A stretch of DNA of 64,000 nucleotides from a virus (lineage: Duplodnaviria; Caudoviricetes): positions 128,001 to 192,000 of the IMG/VR virus record IMGVR_UViG_3300028591_000073; one strand, 5' to 3'. The position numbers and the translations under genes were made by a program. Below, in pieces: positions 31,811 through 40,825 of the stretch. A model generated the notes under the pieces. It did no database searches. It was given only the letters and a program-made list of their open reading frames with translations, and was not told the origin of the DNA. Numbering within the stretch: the stretch's first letter is position 1; each line of letters starts with the position of its first letter.

Positions 31811-32248
31811 TTACCTCCAATGATACATTTGAATGTTACCATCCATTGGATACTTAGCATACTCATCTAAGAAAGATAATTCTAATGAAAGTCTTTCTGC
31901 ATCTTGAATTCCAAATACAACCAAGATGGAATCTGTACCAATCTCTCTACAAAACCAATGGTTGCTAACCTTATCATTTGCAAATGGCACGAATGCATTC
32001 CGGTATCTTTTTCCATCAACATGGCCGTCAGAAACACCCTTGTCATCAATGATTCTACCATGTGAAGCATTTGCAATGATGCCAAGTCTATCATACTCGA
32101 CCGAATCAATGATACCGTAGTTTTCTATTCGAGCAGACATGGAATTATTTCCAATCTGTTCAAGAATAGAGAACTTCACAACCATGCCAGGTTTTAAATC
32201 ATAGGTATTAAAACCGAACTTCTGAATGGGTGTTAATAAATTATTCAT
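31811..32248 (-). CDS. Small beta-barrel paralogue family protein
   Basis: FNTYDLKPGMVV...YGII; start adjusted to RBS. Confidence 0.6.
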   Translation of the reverse strand: MNNLLTPIQKFGFNTYDLKPGMVVKFSILEQIGNNSMSARIENYGIIDSVEYDRLGIIANASHGRIIDDKGVSDGHVDGKRYRNAFVPFANDKVSNHWFCREIGTDSILVVFGIQDAERLSLELSFLDEYAKYPMDGNIQMYHWR

Positions 32249-32555
32249 CTGATGACCCCTCCTGTTCTTTAGTAAACGAGACTGCATAACAATCTTGTTT
32301 TGATTCGAGCAATTCCAATTCATATTCATCCATCTCATTATAATTGATACATAATTCCCAGTTGTTAGCTTTTTTAAAATTTTTGAGTTCAGAGGTTTGA
32401 TACGCCCTGGTACAATAAAATGTTAAATGTGTAGGTCTCGCTTCTGTCAAAAGTCCATAATACGTATGGTGGTAATCATGCACAAAGTATGGGGCACCAA
32501 CACGAAAACAATCAACATTGAACAACTTACATTCTTTTGTATATTTATCATCCAT
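32241..32555 (-). CDS. Small beta-barrel paralogue family protein
   Basis: FNVDCFRVGAPY...YYGLL...LTF; start adjusted. Confidence 0.6.
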   Translation of the reverse strand: MDDKYTKECKLFNVDCFRVGAPYFVHDYHHTYYGLLTEARPTHLTFYCTRAYQTSELKNFKKANNWELCINYNEMDEYELELLESKQDCYAVSFTKEQEGSSDE

Positions 32556-32571
32556 GATAAGTCCCTCCTTG

Positions 32572-33021
32572 TTATTTGAATGCATAATAATCGGTTACTG
32601 CTCCATCGATTGGAACAACTGTTGTATTATCATGAGATAACACCTTTACATCAAAACCCAATTTCGTAGTAGAATTCATATGAATTGACACAGAAAACAC
32701 ATCTCCCCAAGCGGTCGTGTCATAAGTGTCAAATAAGTGAATATAACGATACCATGATAATGCTTCATCGTTATTATCGGAAAGATGGCGTTTATCAAAA
32801 AATTTATTATTAGAATGAGTAATTGCGGTTTTTACAGACATTAATATTTCAAGATATTCGGGTGTTAATTCTACAATGATACCTCTGTTTGTGATAGTAC
32901 AATCAACAACGTCACCACAATCACAATGAGTATCTTTGATGGTAAACTCTACATAATCTCCAACATGCAGTTTGTCCAAATCATACTGATAAACCGTCTT
33001 GGCTATGAAGTAATTCGACAT
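32572..33021 (-). CDS. Small beta-barrel paralogue family protein
   Basis: YDLDKLHVGDYV...RGII...LEI. Confidence 0.6.
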   Translation of the reverse strand: MSNYFIAKTVYQYDLDKLHVGDYVEFTIKDTHCDCGDVVDCTITNRGIIVELTPEYLEILMSVKTAITHSNNKFFDKRHLSDNNDEALSWYRYIHLFDTYDTTAWGDVFSVSIHMNSTTKLGFDVKVLSHDNTTVVPIDGAVTDYYAFK

Positions 33022-33184
33022 AGATATTCCTCCTCGTTATTTATCTAAAAAGCATTTTATAATGGAATAGATAGTTGCTGGGATAATGGTAGATCCCAAC
33101 AACAGTAAAATGATAAAACGTGAAATACGTTCCTTCTTATGCTTATATTCTTCCGGAACATATTTCCAATGGTGGTGTTTTACA

Positions 33185-33403
33185 TTACTTCTCTTCCGAG
33201 GCATTGCTACTCACCAACCCATCCATGTATGGAGAAACAGCATTTACAAACATCGGAAAAGAGAGTGCTTGCCTAAGTAAATTCTGTTTCACTTTTGGAC
33301 GTTCCTCATTCAGTTTATCAAACCCTCGATACATATTATGCTGGGCTTCTAATTCCCCAGAAACATCTATCAGTTCTTCCACAACATTTTTATTCATCAT
33401 CAT
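33185..33403 (-). CDS. Hypothetical protein
   Basis: 72 aa within the operon. Confidence 0.5.
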   Translation of the reverse strand: MMMNKNVVEELIDVSGELEAQHNMYRGFDKLNEERPKVKQNLLRQALSFPMFVNAVSPYMDGLVSSNASEEK

Positions 33404-33719
33404 TTGGAACTTCTCCCTTCACAACAGCTTCATGATATCCTAACAAACCTTGTTCTTCGAGTACATCATTTGTTACAGACTTCTGACATGCTGTTTGCAT
33501 CTCGGTATATTTCTTTGCAATATTGATTCGTTCAAAACGATAATCATCTGACACAACCATTCCGGGTGTGATGGAAATCTTCCCATATGGTGTTTCGAAC
33601 ACAATAAGATTGTCTTTCACCTCAACGCATTTTCCAATAAATGTATGTTCATATCTGGAAGAAACCGAGTAGCTTTCTCCGATACAAAATACATTTGGAT
33701 TGAATATGATTACATTCAT
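33390..33719 (-). CDS. Small beta-barrel paralogue family protein
   Basis: FNPNVFCIGESY...FIGKC...LIVF; start adjusted. Confidence 0.6.
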   Translation of the reverse strand: MNVIIFNPNVFCIGESYSVSSRYEHTFIGKCVEVKDNLIVFETPYGKISITPGMVVSDDYRFERINIAKKYTEMQTACQKSVTNDVLEEQGLLGYHEAVVKGEVPNDDE

Positions 33720-33738
33720 ATTGATATCTCCCTTCATA

Positions 33739-33960
33739 TTAAATTTTCCATATTTTCCAACCAGAGCCACGATACATGTTGTCAATATCTTTTACCAATA
33801 CGGATTGTTTTGTCCCATTATCAGCATCTCTAAAATGCAGCATCAGATTTTCATCTTTGCCATCACATCCTTCATAGATACCATCTGCACATGTTCCATC
33901 TTTTGTTTGGTATCCATAAACAGCTCCGACAATCATACTATCCTTGATATTATTACTCAT
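33739..33960 (-). CDS. Sm/LSm-like small protein (putative)
   Basis: VGAVYGYQTKDGTCADGIYEGCDGKDENLMLHFRDA resembles Sm motif 1; start adjusted. Confidence 0.5.
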   Translation of the reverse strand: MSNNIKDSMIVGAVYGYQTKDGTCADGIYEGCDGKDENLMLHFRDADNGTKQSVLVKDIDNMYRGSGWKIWKI

Positions 33961-34555
33961 CATCATCCTCCTTTTCACACGCATATACTTCATACCTGTC
34001 AACATTTGTTTTATCAATCTTTATTGAATCCACACTTGATATACCATTTTCCCTAATATAATAATAGAATTCAAGATAATCATCAGTTATATTATTGAGA
34101 CGAATATAATATTTCCATTCTTTTGTTTTGGAATCGTAAATGTGATATGATTGATCAATTTCCAAATGAGCATTCCAAGGATACTCAACTTCCATGTATG
34201 TTAAATTTTCCAACCAGATTAAGCTGTCATCTTCAAGTTTTTCAAGAATTATTTCGACTTTTAAGTTATCAAGATGCTCAATAGACATACTGTATTCAAC
34301 TAATGTATCATCCAACTCACTACTTGTATTCCGATCAAACTGTAATGATACAACTCGGAATTTCAATAATTTACCATCTTCTGTCACTTCATCCAAAATG
34401 GCAAGATGTCTTGTTCCATTTGTAAATGAATACACTGGATTTCTAGTGATATAACAGAACTTCCCACCAGTCAATTCTTGTGCAATTCTATTACAGTCCC
34501 ATACTCTTTTCAGTATGGGACTCTGAAATATCTCAATCTTTTTCATTTTATCCAT
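33953..34555 (-). CDS. Two-domain paralogue family protein
   Basis: Start adjusted to GAAGGTGA RBS; LEIDQSY...LEF in the second domain. Confidence 0.55.
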   Translation of the reverse strand: MDKMKKIEIFQSPILKRVWDCNRIAQELTGGKFCYITRNPVYSFTNGTRHLAILDEVTEDGKLLKFRVVSLQFDRNTSSELDDTLVEYSMSIEHLDNLKVEIILEKLEDDSLIWLENLTYMEVEYPWNAHLEIDQSYHIYDSKTKEWKYYIRLNNITDDYLEFYYYIRENGISSVDSIKIDKTNVDRYEVYACEKEDDDE

Positions 34556-35492
34556 TCTCACCTTCACCTCTACATGTGAGCTCATAAATCTTAATCTTAC
34601 CACTGGCCAATTCATCCTGATATACCTGATAGGTACCAGCAGAATTTTTATCAGATATAACTGCAAATAAAATTGATGATTTACCAGGTATAGGTATTAC
34701 TGGTCCATATAATGACCTATAAATACCATCGGTCTCATTACCATCACTATCTTGAATACGATATGCTTTACCAACCTTCAGTTTGTCAATATCCCATTCC
34801 AGTTTTTCTTCTTTCTTGAAGATGTCGTCTATCTTGATTTCCTCATGAGTGCATGCACTATCACCTTTGAACAATTTGAAATTTGTCTCGACAGGATCGC
34901 ATACGATTTTGTCATGATATAACTTCGCACTTTCGCAAGAAACATCAGTAAATCCCACAGTCCTTGCAAACGCAATATGCATACCAGCTCTATCAAGTGT
35001 TGGTCCATAATAAAGTGCTTCATACCTCTCATTATCGGAATTTTTTATTAAGAAATGACGAACACCATTTGTCGCACGATAAAATGCTTTTTCATCGAAT
35101 TTATATCCTTCGATTTTCTTTACAAGTTGCATTGGCTTGGGAACTGTGTCAGGAGATAATAAAGAATAAGCCCGATTAATTCTTTCACGCAATTTTTTAT
35201 CAAATATTTCATCAAATTCATCAAGAAACTTCATATCAGTTTTATCCTTTTCCTCTTCAATAGGTTTGGAAATGAGACTGGCAGCACCAATATCATTTGC
35301 CATAATACGAAACACCGTGCCATTCTCGGCAGATTTAAAAATCAATAAGAGGTCTTCGCCACACCCTTCAAATCCAATCAACGTATATCTGTATCTCCAT
35401 CCACCAGTACCTTTGCCAATGAAATTATAAATGGCTCCAACAACCATCCCATCACGATATTCTTTTTCAAGCTTTCTTCCATAATTAGTCAT
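34548..35492 (-). CDS. Three-domain paralogue family protein
   Basis: MVVGAIY..., FDEKAF..., WDIDKLKVGKAY...; start adjusted. Confidence 0.6.
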   Translation of the reverse strand: MTNYGRKLEKEYRDGMVVGAIYNFIGKGTGGWRYRYTLIGFEGCGEDLLLIFKSAENGTVFRIMANDIGAASLISKPIEEEKDKTDMKFLDEFDEIFDKKLRERINRAYSLLSPDTVPKPMQLVKKIEGYKFDEKAFYRATNGVRHFLIKNSDNERYEALYYGPTLDRAGMHIAFARTVGFTDVSCESAKLYHDKIVCDPVETNFKLFKGDSACTHEEIKIDDIFKKEEKLEWDIDKLKVGKAYRIQDSDGNETDGIYRSLYGPVIPIPGKSSILFAVISDKNSAGTYQVYQDELASGKIKIYELTCRGEGENG

Positions 35493-35633
35493 ATTAATTT
35501 CCTCCTTAATGTGATGGAGCAGGACAACCAACAACGATTGCCCCATCTCCAAACATGAATATTATAAACATTATGAACACAATTACTATTGCAAGAAGCA
35601 AATAGAAATCATTATCGGGTCTTTTCATCTGAA

Positions 35634-36401
35634 TCACTCCATGCGATATACATCATAATCAGCATATTCAAATCCAGGACGAACCAGAATCTCTACATAA
35701 CAATTGTCTGGATATTTCGGGTCATTAGAATTGGATGCATCACGTTCTGCAGTGACAAATACCAGACAGGTTTCGGTAATCTGTGACAGTAAAGCAAATG
35801 TAGTCTTACCATCTTTCACAAGGCGATATGGATTTCCAATTTTCAATACATCAAGATTCCATTGTTTCCCCAGTTCAATCAAAGACGTACGATGAATTTC
35901 TTTTCCTGACTTGAAGTTGATGATATAACATTCCTGATTCCAGAGTTTGTCCTTCGTAACACCATACATGTGGGCAACTCCATCGCGGACGTATTCAAAC
36001 ACATGAGCAGCGCTTTCTTCATCATACCGGATATAGATTGCGGGGTACAAAATTTCATCAATACGGAGCATGCAGAATGGATGATAATCATCGGCACCAA
36101 TTATCTCTCGGAAATTAGGTTTCCATCTGTATGGCACATCTTTATCATCTACTAAAAGCTGAATCTTCTTCTCATTATCAGATTCATCAGAATCCAGCTC
36201 AACAACATCCATCAACGAATATGGAGCGATACAAAGGAGTTTACCATCGTCACTGAACAGGAGACTCTTATTACCGCATGAAGGAAACCTCTCAATGACG
36301 AACCTGAGATTATGTTTTTTTACAATATTTTTGTCGTCATCTTCATATGTGATGGTGTACTTTTTACCACATACGAATTCACCTGACCATTGTTTATTCA
36401 T
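35634..36401 (-). CDS. Multi-domain paralogue family protein
   Basis: FVCGKKY... and WNLDVLKIGNPY...LVF. Confidence 0.6.
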   Translation of the reverse strand: MNKQWSGEFVCGKKYTITYEDDDKNIVKKHNLRFVIERFPSCGNKSLLFSDDGKLLCIAPYSLMDVVELDSDESDNEKKIQLLVDDKDVPYRWKPNFREIIGADDYHPFCMLRIDEILYPAIYIRYDEESAAHVFEYVRDGVAHMYGVTKDKLWNQECYIINFKSGKEIHRTSLIELGKQWNLDVLKIGNPYRLVKDGKTTFALLSQITETCLVFVTAERDASNSNDPKYPDNCYVEILVRPGFEYADYDVYRME

Positions 36402-36418
36402 AATAAATTCCTCCTCAG

Positions 36419-36607
36419 TTATAATACCCTTGATTCTTCACCATCTATTTCAAGATATGATTTCTTGTGAGATGTCTTATCAACAACCCACATGATTCCA
36501 TTCCATGCCAGAATGAGAATCGTTGTAATTGCCATCGCTTTCGCTTGACCAGTGTAATAGTCTGTGAGACTAATCTTTCTTAAGGTTAACTTTTTCATTT
36601 TCATCAT
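36419..36607 (-). CDS. Small membrane protein
   Basis: One hydrophobic segment, AAGGAGG RBS. Confidence 0.5.
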   Translation of the reverse strand: MMKMKKLTLRKISLTDYYTGQAKAMAITTILILAWNGIMWVVDKTSHKKSYLEIDGEESRVL

Positions 36608-36997
36608 GTTCCTCCTTATAATTATATTTTGCAGTATTTACAACAATAATCGTTCTGCAAATATTAGAAACTATTCTGTCGATTAATAACGTTGCACAAA
36701 TGATTATTATGATAACAATACCAACTGTCATATTTCATGCTTCCTTTCTTCATTATGTTTTTCATGTTTTTTGTATTCATATATCTCATAGATATGACAA
36801 GCAATCGTAATGCATGCACTGATTGCCCAGCAAACAAATAGTGCATTAATCATTCCATATCATCTTCCTGTTCCACCACGTGATATTGTTCATTGAACTG
36901 TTCAAGTGTTAACGTTTCCCAAACGGGAGCGTGAAGATGTTTCACCTTCACATTGTCCTCTGTTTGTTCACGAATCACCACGAGTTCTTTCGTTTCA

Positions 36998-37291
36998 TTA
37001 TTCTGATACAGCTTCATTGTTATCATTCCTTTCGAGTGGATGTACTGTCAGTATGAAACATCCATCATCCCATACATATCCACGATGTTCACCATTTATA
37101 TCAGTGAAATTAAAATGCCATTTAGTATCGATGCGTGCATAATTGTTTAAATAACCATCAAAGTCATGCCAGAGAAACGGGCAATTAGATTCATCAAGCC
37201 AATAAAATTTAAAATGATATGGCTCATCTGGCAAGATGTCATCAAGTGAGATTCTTTTTGCTTCGGTTTTCTTTCTTGATTTTATCCTCAT
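36998..37291 (-). CDS. Hypothetical protein, paralogue of 37636-37908
   Basis: Both start MRIKSRKK and share PYHFK, FDGYL and PLER.DNNEA. Confidence 0.65.
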   Translation of the reverse strand: MRIKSRKKTEAKRISLDDILPDEPYHFKFYWLDESNCPFLWHDFDGYLNNYARIDTKWHFNFTDINGEHRGYVWDDGCFILTVHPLERNDNNEAVSE

Positions 37292-37295
37292 ACTC

Positions 37296-37661
37296 TCATC
37301 TTCTCATCCTTCCTTTATTGGTAATCACAATTTCTCTCCACAGATAATGTTTTACATCTTCCGGATGTATGAAAAATTTAACACACTCATCCTTTGATAA
37401 ATCATTACGATATATAACGTAATAACCATCTGTCGTCAATTGAATATAACCGTGACCGAGATACATTTGACCTTTCCTGTTAACAAGAGTTCCATGTGAA
37501 GTATTCATGAAATCCTTGTTGTTGGTTGTTAAAAGATTTGGTTTCCCATCAATGAAAAATTCTTTTGCTGTATCATAATATCCAATTTCAAAAAATGGCA
37601 ACTTTTGGTTATTGTCAAAAGCTTCATTTGACAATCTACTTACTTTCTTGATCAGCTTCAT
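37296..37661 (-). CDS. Hypothetical protein
   Basis: In the operon; start adjusted. Confidence 0.55.
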   Translation of the reverse strand: MKLIKKVSRLSNEAFDNNQKLPFFEIGYYDTAKEFFIDGKPNLLTTNNKDFMNTSHGTLVNRKGQMYLGHGYIQLTTDGYYVIYRNDLSKDECVKFFIHPEDVKHYLWREIVITNKGRMRR

Positions 37662-37908
37662 TATTATCAATCCTTTCAAGTGGGTATGCTTTCAAAATCC
37701 AATGTGATCCCTGCCACAAATAATACCCGAATGGTATCTCGTTTAAGTCCATAAAATGAGCACTAGTTCCTTTAGTTCCTGTAAATTCAACGAGATACCC
37801 ATCAAATTCATAATCAACCTGTCTAATCAATTTAAAATGGTAAGGTATCTCTTTAGATATCTGGTCAAATGGAATCTCATTTCGTTTCTTTCTTGATTTT
37901 ATCCTCAT
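37636..37908 (-). CDS. Hypothetical protein, paralogue of 36998-37291
   Basis: See paralogue; overlaps the sbcD 3' end. Confidence 0.65.
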   Translation of the reverse strand: MRIKSRKKRNEIPFDQISKEIPYHFKLIRQVDYEFDGYLVEFTGTKGTSAHFMDLNEIPFGYYLWQGSHWILKAYPLERIDNNEADQESK

Positions 37909-38932
37909 ACTCTCTTACCTCTTTCTCAACATCTACATTGTACTTTTCGTTTATAAAATCCAGTAGACCTTCGATTGGTTCTACAATTGTGGATGTTGTT
38001 TCTGGTAATTCTAGTTTATCAGATTCTTCCACAGGTTCTTCTGTCACCATCTTGTATGATAAGTTTGTATTCTGTTTGTTGATGTTCATGATTTCATGAT
38101 ATGTTTGTAAATCCGTGTTGTCAGAATGAATCACAAACCGATGTGGCGTTTCGATGTTATTGGATAATGCATCACGCAGTTCTTCTGGATTGTGAATCTC
38201 AATGGTTTTGAATTCTTTTGCAAATGGATTCTTAATTGTTGTGACTTTAAAGTCTTTATCACACATGAAGAATACTTTGGGAACATCTTCTCCGTATCGG
38301 AATCGTAATAAAGAACCAGTATAGTATACATTCTCACCAAAGTCGGTGTATTCATGATAATGACCAAATACACATAACTTGGAATGTTGTGATAACCATT
38401 CCACGGAATGCATATATTCAGTACCATGAGCAGTTACCACTTCTTTTTGTTTGGATGACATTGGTCCGTGCCCAACAATCAAATCGAACATTTGGTTTCC
38501 ATTGGATAGTTCGGAATAATCCACATTTCCATATTCTTGTGGTAAATATAAGACCTTCATTCCATTTGTCCATTCCGCAGTACACCAAGTATCCGTATAG
38601 AATACGGATGCTTCCGGAAAATGGTCCAAGAACTGTTTGAAGATTTTCATTTGTTTTCTATCATGGGAGAAGGTTCCTTCAATGATATGAACGGGGACAT
38701 GTTTCATATTTCCCCGTCCACATTCATTCAATACCAATCTAGTTAAGAATCGAGCAGCTTGACAATTCTCTTCGATATTGAGATGTCTATCAAATAAGTC
38801 GCCTGCTATCACAATACAATCACATGGTTCTTCATGTTCTTTAATGAGTTTGAAAGCATATTCCAATGAGTTCATAAAATCTTCGAATGGAAGTTTCACA
38901 CCCAAATGAATATCTGACATAAAGAATATCAC
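37877..38932 (-). CDS. sbcD: SbcD/Mre11-like nuclease
   Basis: SDIHLG, AGDLFD, GTFSHD, VGHG, FGHYH, YTGS. Confidence 0.88.
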   Translation of the reverse strand: MIFFMSDIHLGVKLPFEDFMNSLEYAFKLIKEHEEPCDCIVIAGDLFDRHLNIEENCQAARFLTRLVLNECGRGNMKHVPVHIIEGTFSHDRKQMKIFKQFLDHFPEASVFYTDTWCTAEWTNGMKVLYLPQEYGNVDYSELSNGNQMFDLIVGHGPMSSKQKEVVTAHGTEYMHSVEWLSQHSKLCVFGHYHEYTDFGENVYYTGSLLRFRYGEDVPKVFFMCDKDFKVTTIKNPFAKEFKTIEIHNPEELRDALSNNIETPHRFVIHSDNTDLQTYHEIMNINKQNTNLSYKMVTEEPVEESDKLELPETTSTIVEPIEGLLDFINEKYNVDVEKEVREYEDKIKKETK

Positions 38933-39276
38933 ACGTCATCCTCCTCCTCATGAAGCGAATCATGACCATATATCACATCATTCATACTATAGTCAGTCTC
39001 AAGTTTTGTCATTGTATCAGAGATTTTTTGTCGTGGAATAATGATAAAATGACCATCGATATCCCATGGGTCTGTATACACTCTGAATGGAACATCAGCA
39101 CGTATCAAATCATCATTGATATACTGGGCTAGGTAATTGTTGGAAATATGATAATTGACACAATATTCGAAATACTTCCGGAATATTGGTTCCATGATAC
39201 GAATCCATTTTCTTGTTTCAGAGTATGAACAACCCTGCAATCTCTTCTGACGTTTGTTCTTGATTCTACGATTCAT
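38929..39276 (-). CDS. Hypothetical protein
   Basis: 115 aa, GAGGGTGA RBS. Confidence 0.6.
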   Translation of the reverse strand: MNRRIKNKRQKRLQGCSYSETRKWIRIMEPIFRKYFEYCVNYHISNNYLAQYINDDLIRADVPFRVYTDPWDIDGHFIIIPRQKISDTMTKLETDYSMNDVIYGHDSLHEEEDDV

Positions 39277-39299
39277 ACTATCACCCTCTTAAAAGAATC

Positions 39300-39653
39300 T
39301 CATTGATTACCACTCCATCCCCATATCAAATCATCATAGTGTTTGTATTCACCATATAGATGTTCACATTCTCTCACATCATCCAAGAATTGACGAGTCA
39401 TACAATCTTTCAAAGCTCCCCTCACACCTGATGCCCATAACAATGAATCTGTATCAAACTTCCATCCAAATTTACGAATTGCTCGTTCTTTCGATGTAAG
39501 TGGTTTCACTCTCTCGTTCAATGACATATCACAGAAATGACATGCTTCTTCAAGCATTGCTGGTTTATAACTTGACATCATTTCTTGCCATATGCTTTCC
39601 ATAAATAAGCTGTCTCTAATCCATTCATCAATTCTCGTCCAATCATCAGTCAT
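39300..39653 (-). CDS. Hypothetical protein
   Basis: 117 aa in the operon. Confidence 0.6.
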   Translation of the reverse strand: MTDDWTRIDEWIRDSLFMESIWQEMMSSYKPAMLEEACHFCDMSLNERVKPLTSKERAIRKFGWKFDTDSLLWASGVRGALKDCMTRQFLDDVRECEHLYGEYKHYDDLIWGWSGNQ

Positions 39654-39667
39654 GTATCATTCACTCC

Positions 39668-39874
39668 TTAACTAAACTTTTCAATGATCATATGATCAAA
39701 CCATTCTTCCGGTAAACTAAATATGCTATTCATAAAATCATCCCGAAGAAATTTGAGAAATCCCCCACGGTTACCAACATACTTTCCCATCACGGGATAT
39801 CCATCCTCATCAATTTTAATGATATACCAAGCATCTATGGCGAGGTCTTTGTAACTATTCACTCTGTTGTTCAT
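39668..39874 (-). CDS. Small beta-barrel-like hypothetical protein
   Basis: LAIDAWYII...MGKYVG...LKF, similar pattern to the 31-36 kb family. Confidence 0.55.
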   Translation of the reverse strand: MNNRVNSYKDLAIDAWYIIKIDEDGYPVMGKYVGNRGGFLKFLRDDFMNSIFSLPEEWFDHMIIEKFS

Positions 39875-39888
39875 ATAACGTATACTCC

Positions 39889-40725
39889 TTAATCGTAGAA
39901 TGGGTCATGAACAAAGGAAGAACCTTCTTCCATTACCCTCATAAATAATGGCATGTTTTTATCCAACAACTCTTGTTCTCCAAAGTGTTCAGGACACTCC
40001 TTAATGTGTTTGGAGAATTCTGGTTGTGCTTTAATCACTTCTGATAATTCTACAGGTTTAATACGACCACCCAACCATGCAACATCAATATGATTATTGT
40101 AATGGACCCAATATTGGGGTTGTCTTGAATTACCTTCTAAATTAACGCCAATTCCAACTTTCGTAGGAGGTTTACTATGAATATGTCCGTGCACATTCAA
40201 TTCACAATCATGTTCTTGTGGCATGTGTGAAAACAGAATGTCATGCCATTTAAAAGAATCCACGATGTATAAGAAACCACATGACCGGTAAAACTCCTGG
40301 TCAAACAAATCATTGTTGCCACGAACCAATACTTTCTTGCATACGATTTCTCTCATTTGATTTCTCAAAGAATCTTTATCTTGAAATTCACCATCGACCA
40401 AATCACCAAGATTGATTAATAGGTCATTCAACTTTACGATTGATTCAACAGCTTTGATGACTTGGCTGAAGTCTTTGCGTTTGTTACAAGCTGGCTGATT
40501 CTTGGAAATACGTTTCCAAAGATGCCAGTCTGTACATAACCAAACGGTATTTCCACGTTCACGTGTCTCATCAATGAGTTTTGCAATATGACTTTGGTCA
40601 GGATGCTGTTCTGCATCTTTCAAACGTTGTAACATCTTTTCTTCTTTGATACGACGTTTCTCTTCACGTCGTTCGGTACGTTTTTCAGCCATTGCTTTGC
40701 GGGTTTCATCACTATGTCTTGGCAT
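39889..40725 (-). CDS. Calcineurin-like metallophosphoesterase
   Basis: TDWH, LGDLVD, RGNND, FSHMP, VHGHIH. Confidence 0.85.
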   Translation of the reverse strand: MPRHSDETRKAMAEKRTERREEKRRIKEEKMLQRLKDAEQHPDQSHIAKLIDETRERGNTVWLCTDWHLWKRISKNQPACNKRKDFSQVIKAVESIVKLNDLLINLGDLVDGEFQDKDSLRNQMREIVCKKVLVRGNNDLFDQEFYRSCGFLYIVDSFKWHDILFSHMPQEHDCELNVHGHIHSKPPTKVGIGVNLEGNSRQPQYWVHYNNHIDVAWLGGRIKPVELSEVIKAQPEFSKHIKECPEHFGEQELLDKNMPLFMRVMEEGSSFVHDPFYD

Positions 40726-40793
40726 AAAATACCATCACCTTTCTTATTTTGTAATTTTTTGTGATATAAGAATGTAGATAAATGCAAAAAAGA

Positions 40794-40815
40794 ATCCCCC
40801 GCATATGCGGGGGAT
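40794..40815. terminator. CATATG-centred palindrome after ligase
   Basis: ATCCCCCGCATATGCGGGGGAT, with a U-tract on the minus strand. Confidence 0.75.
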
Positions 40816-40825
40816 ATGAAATGCA

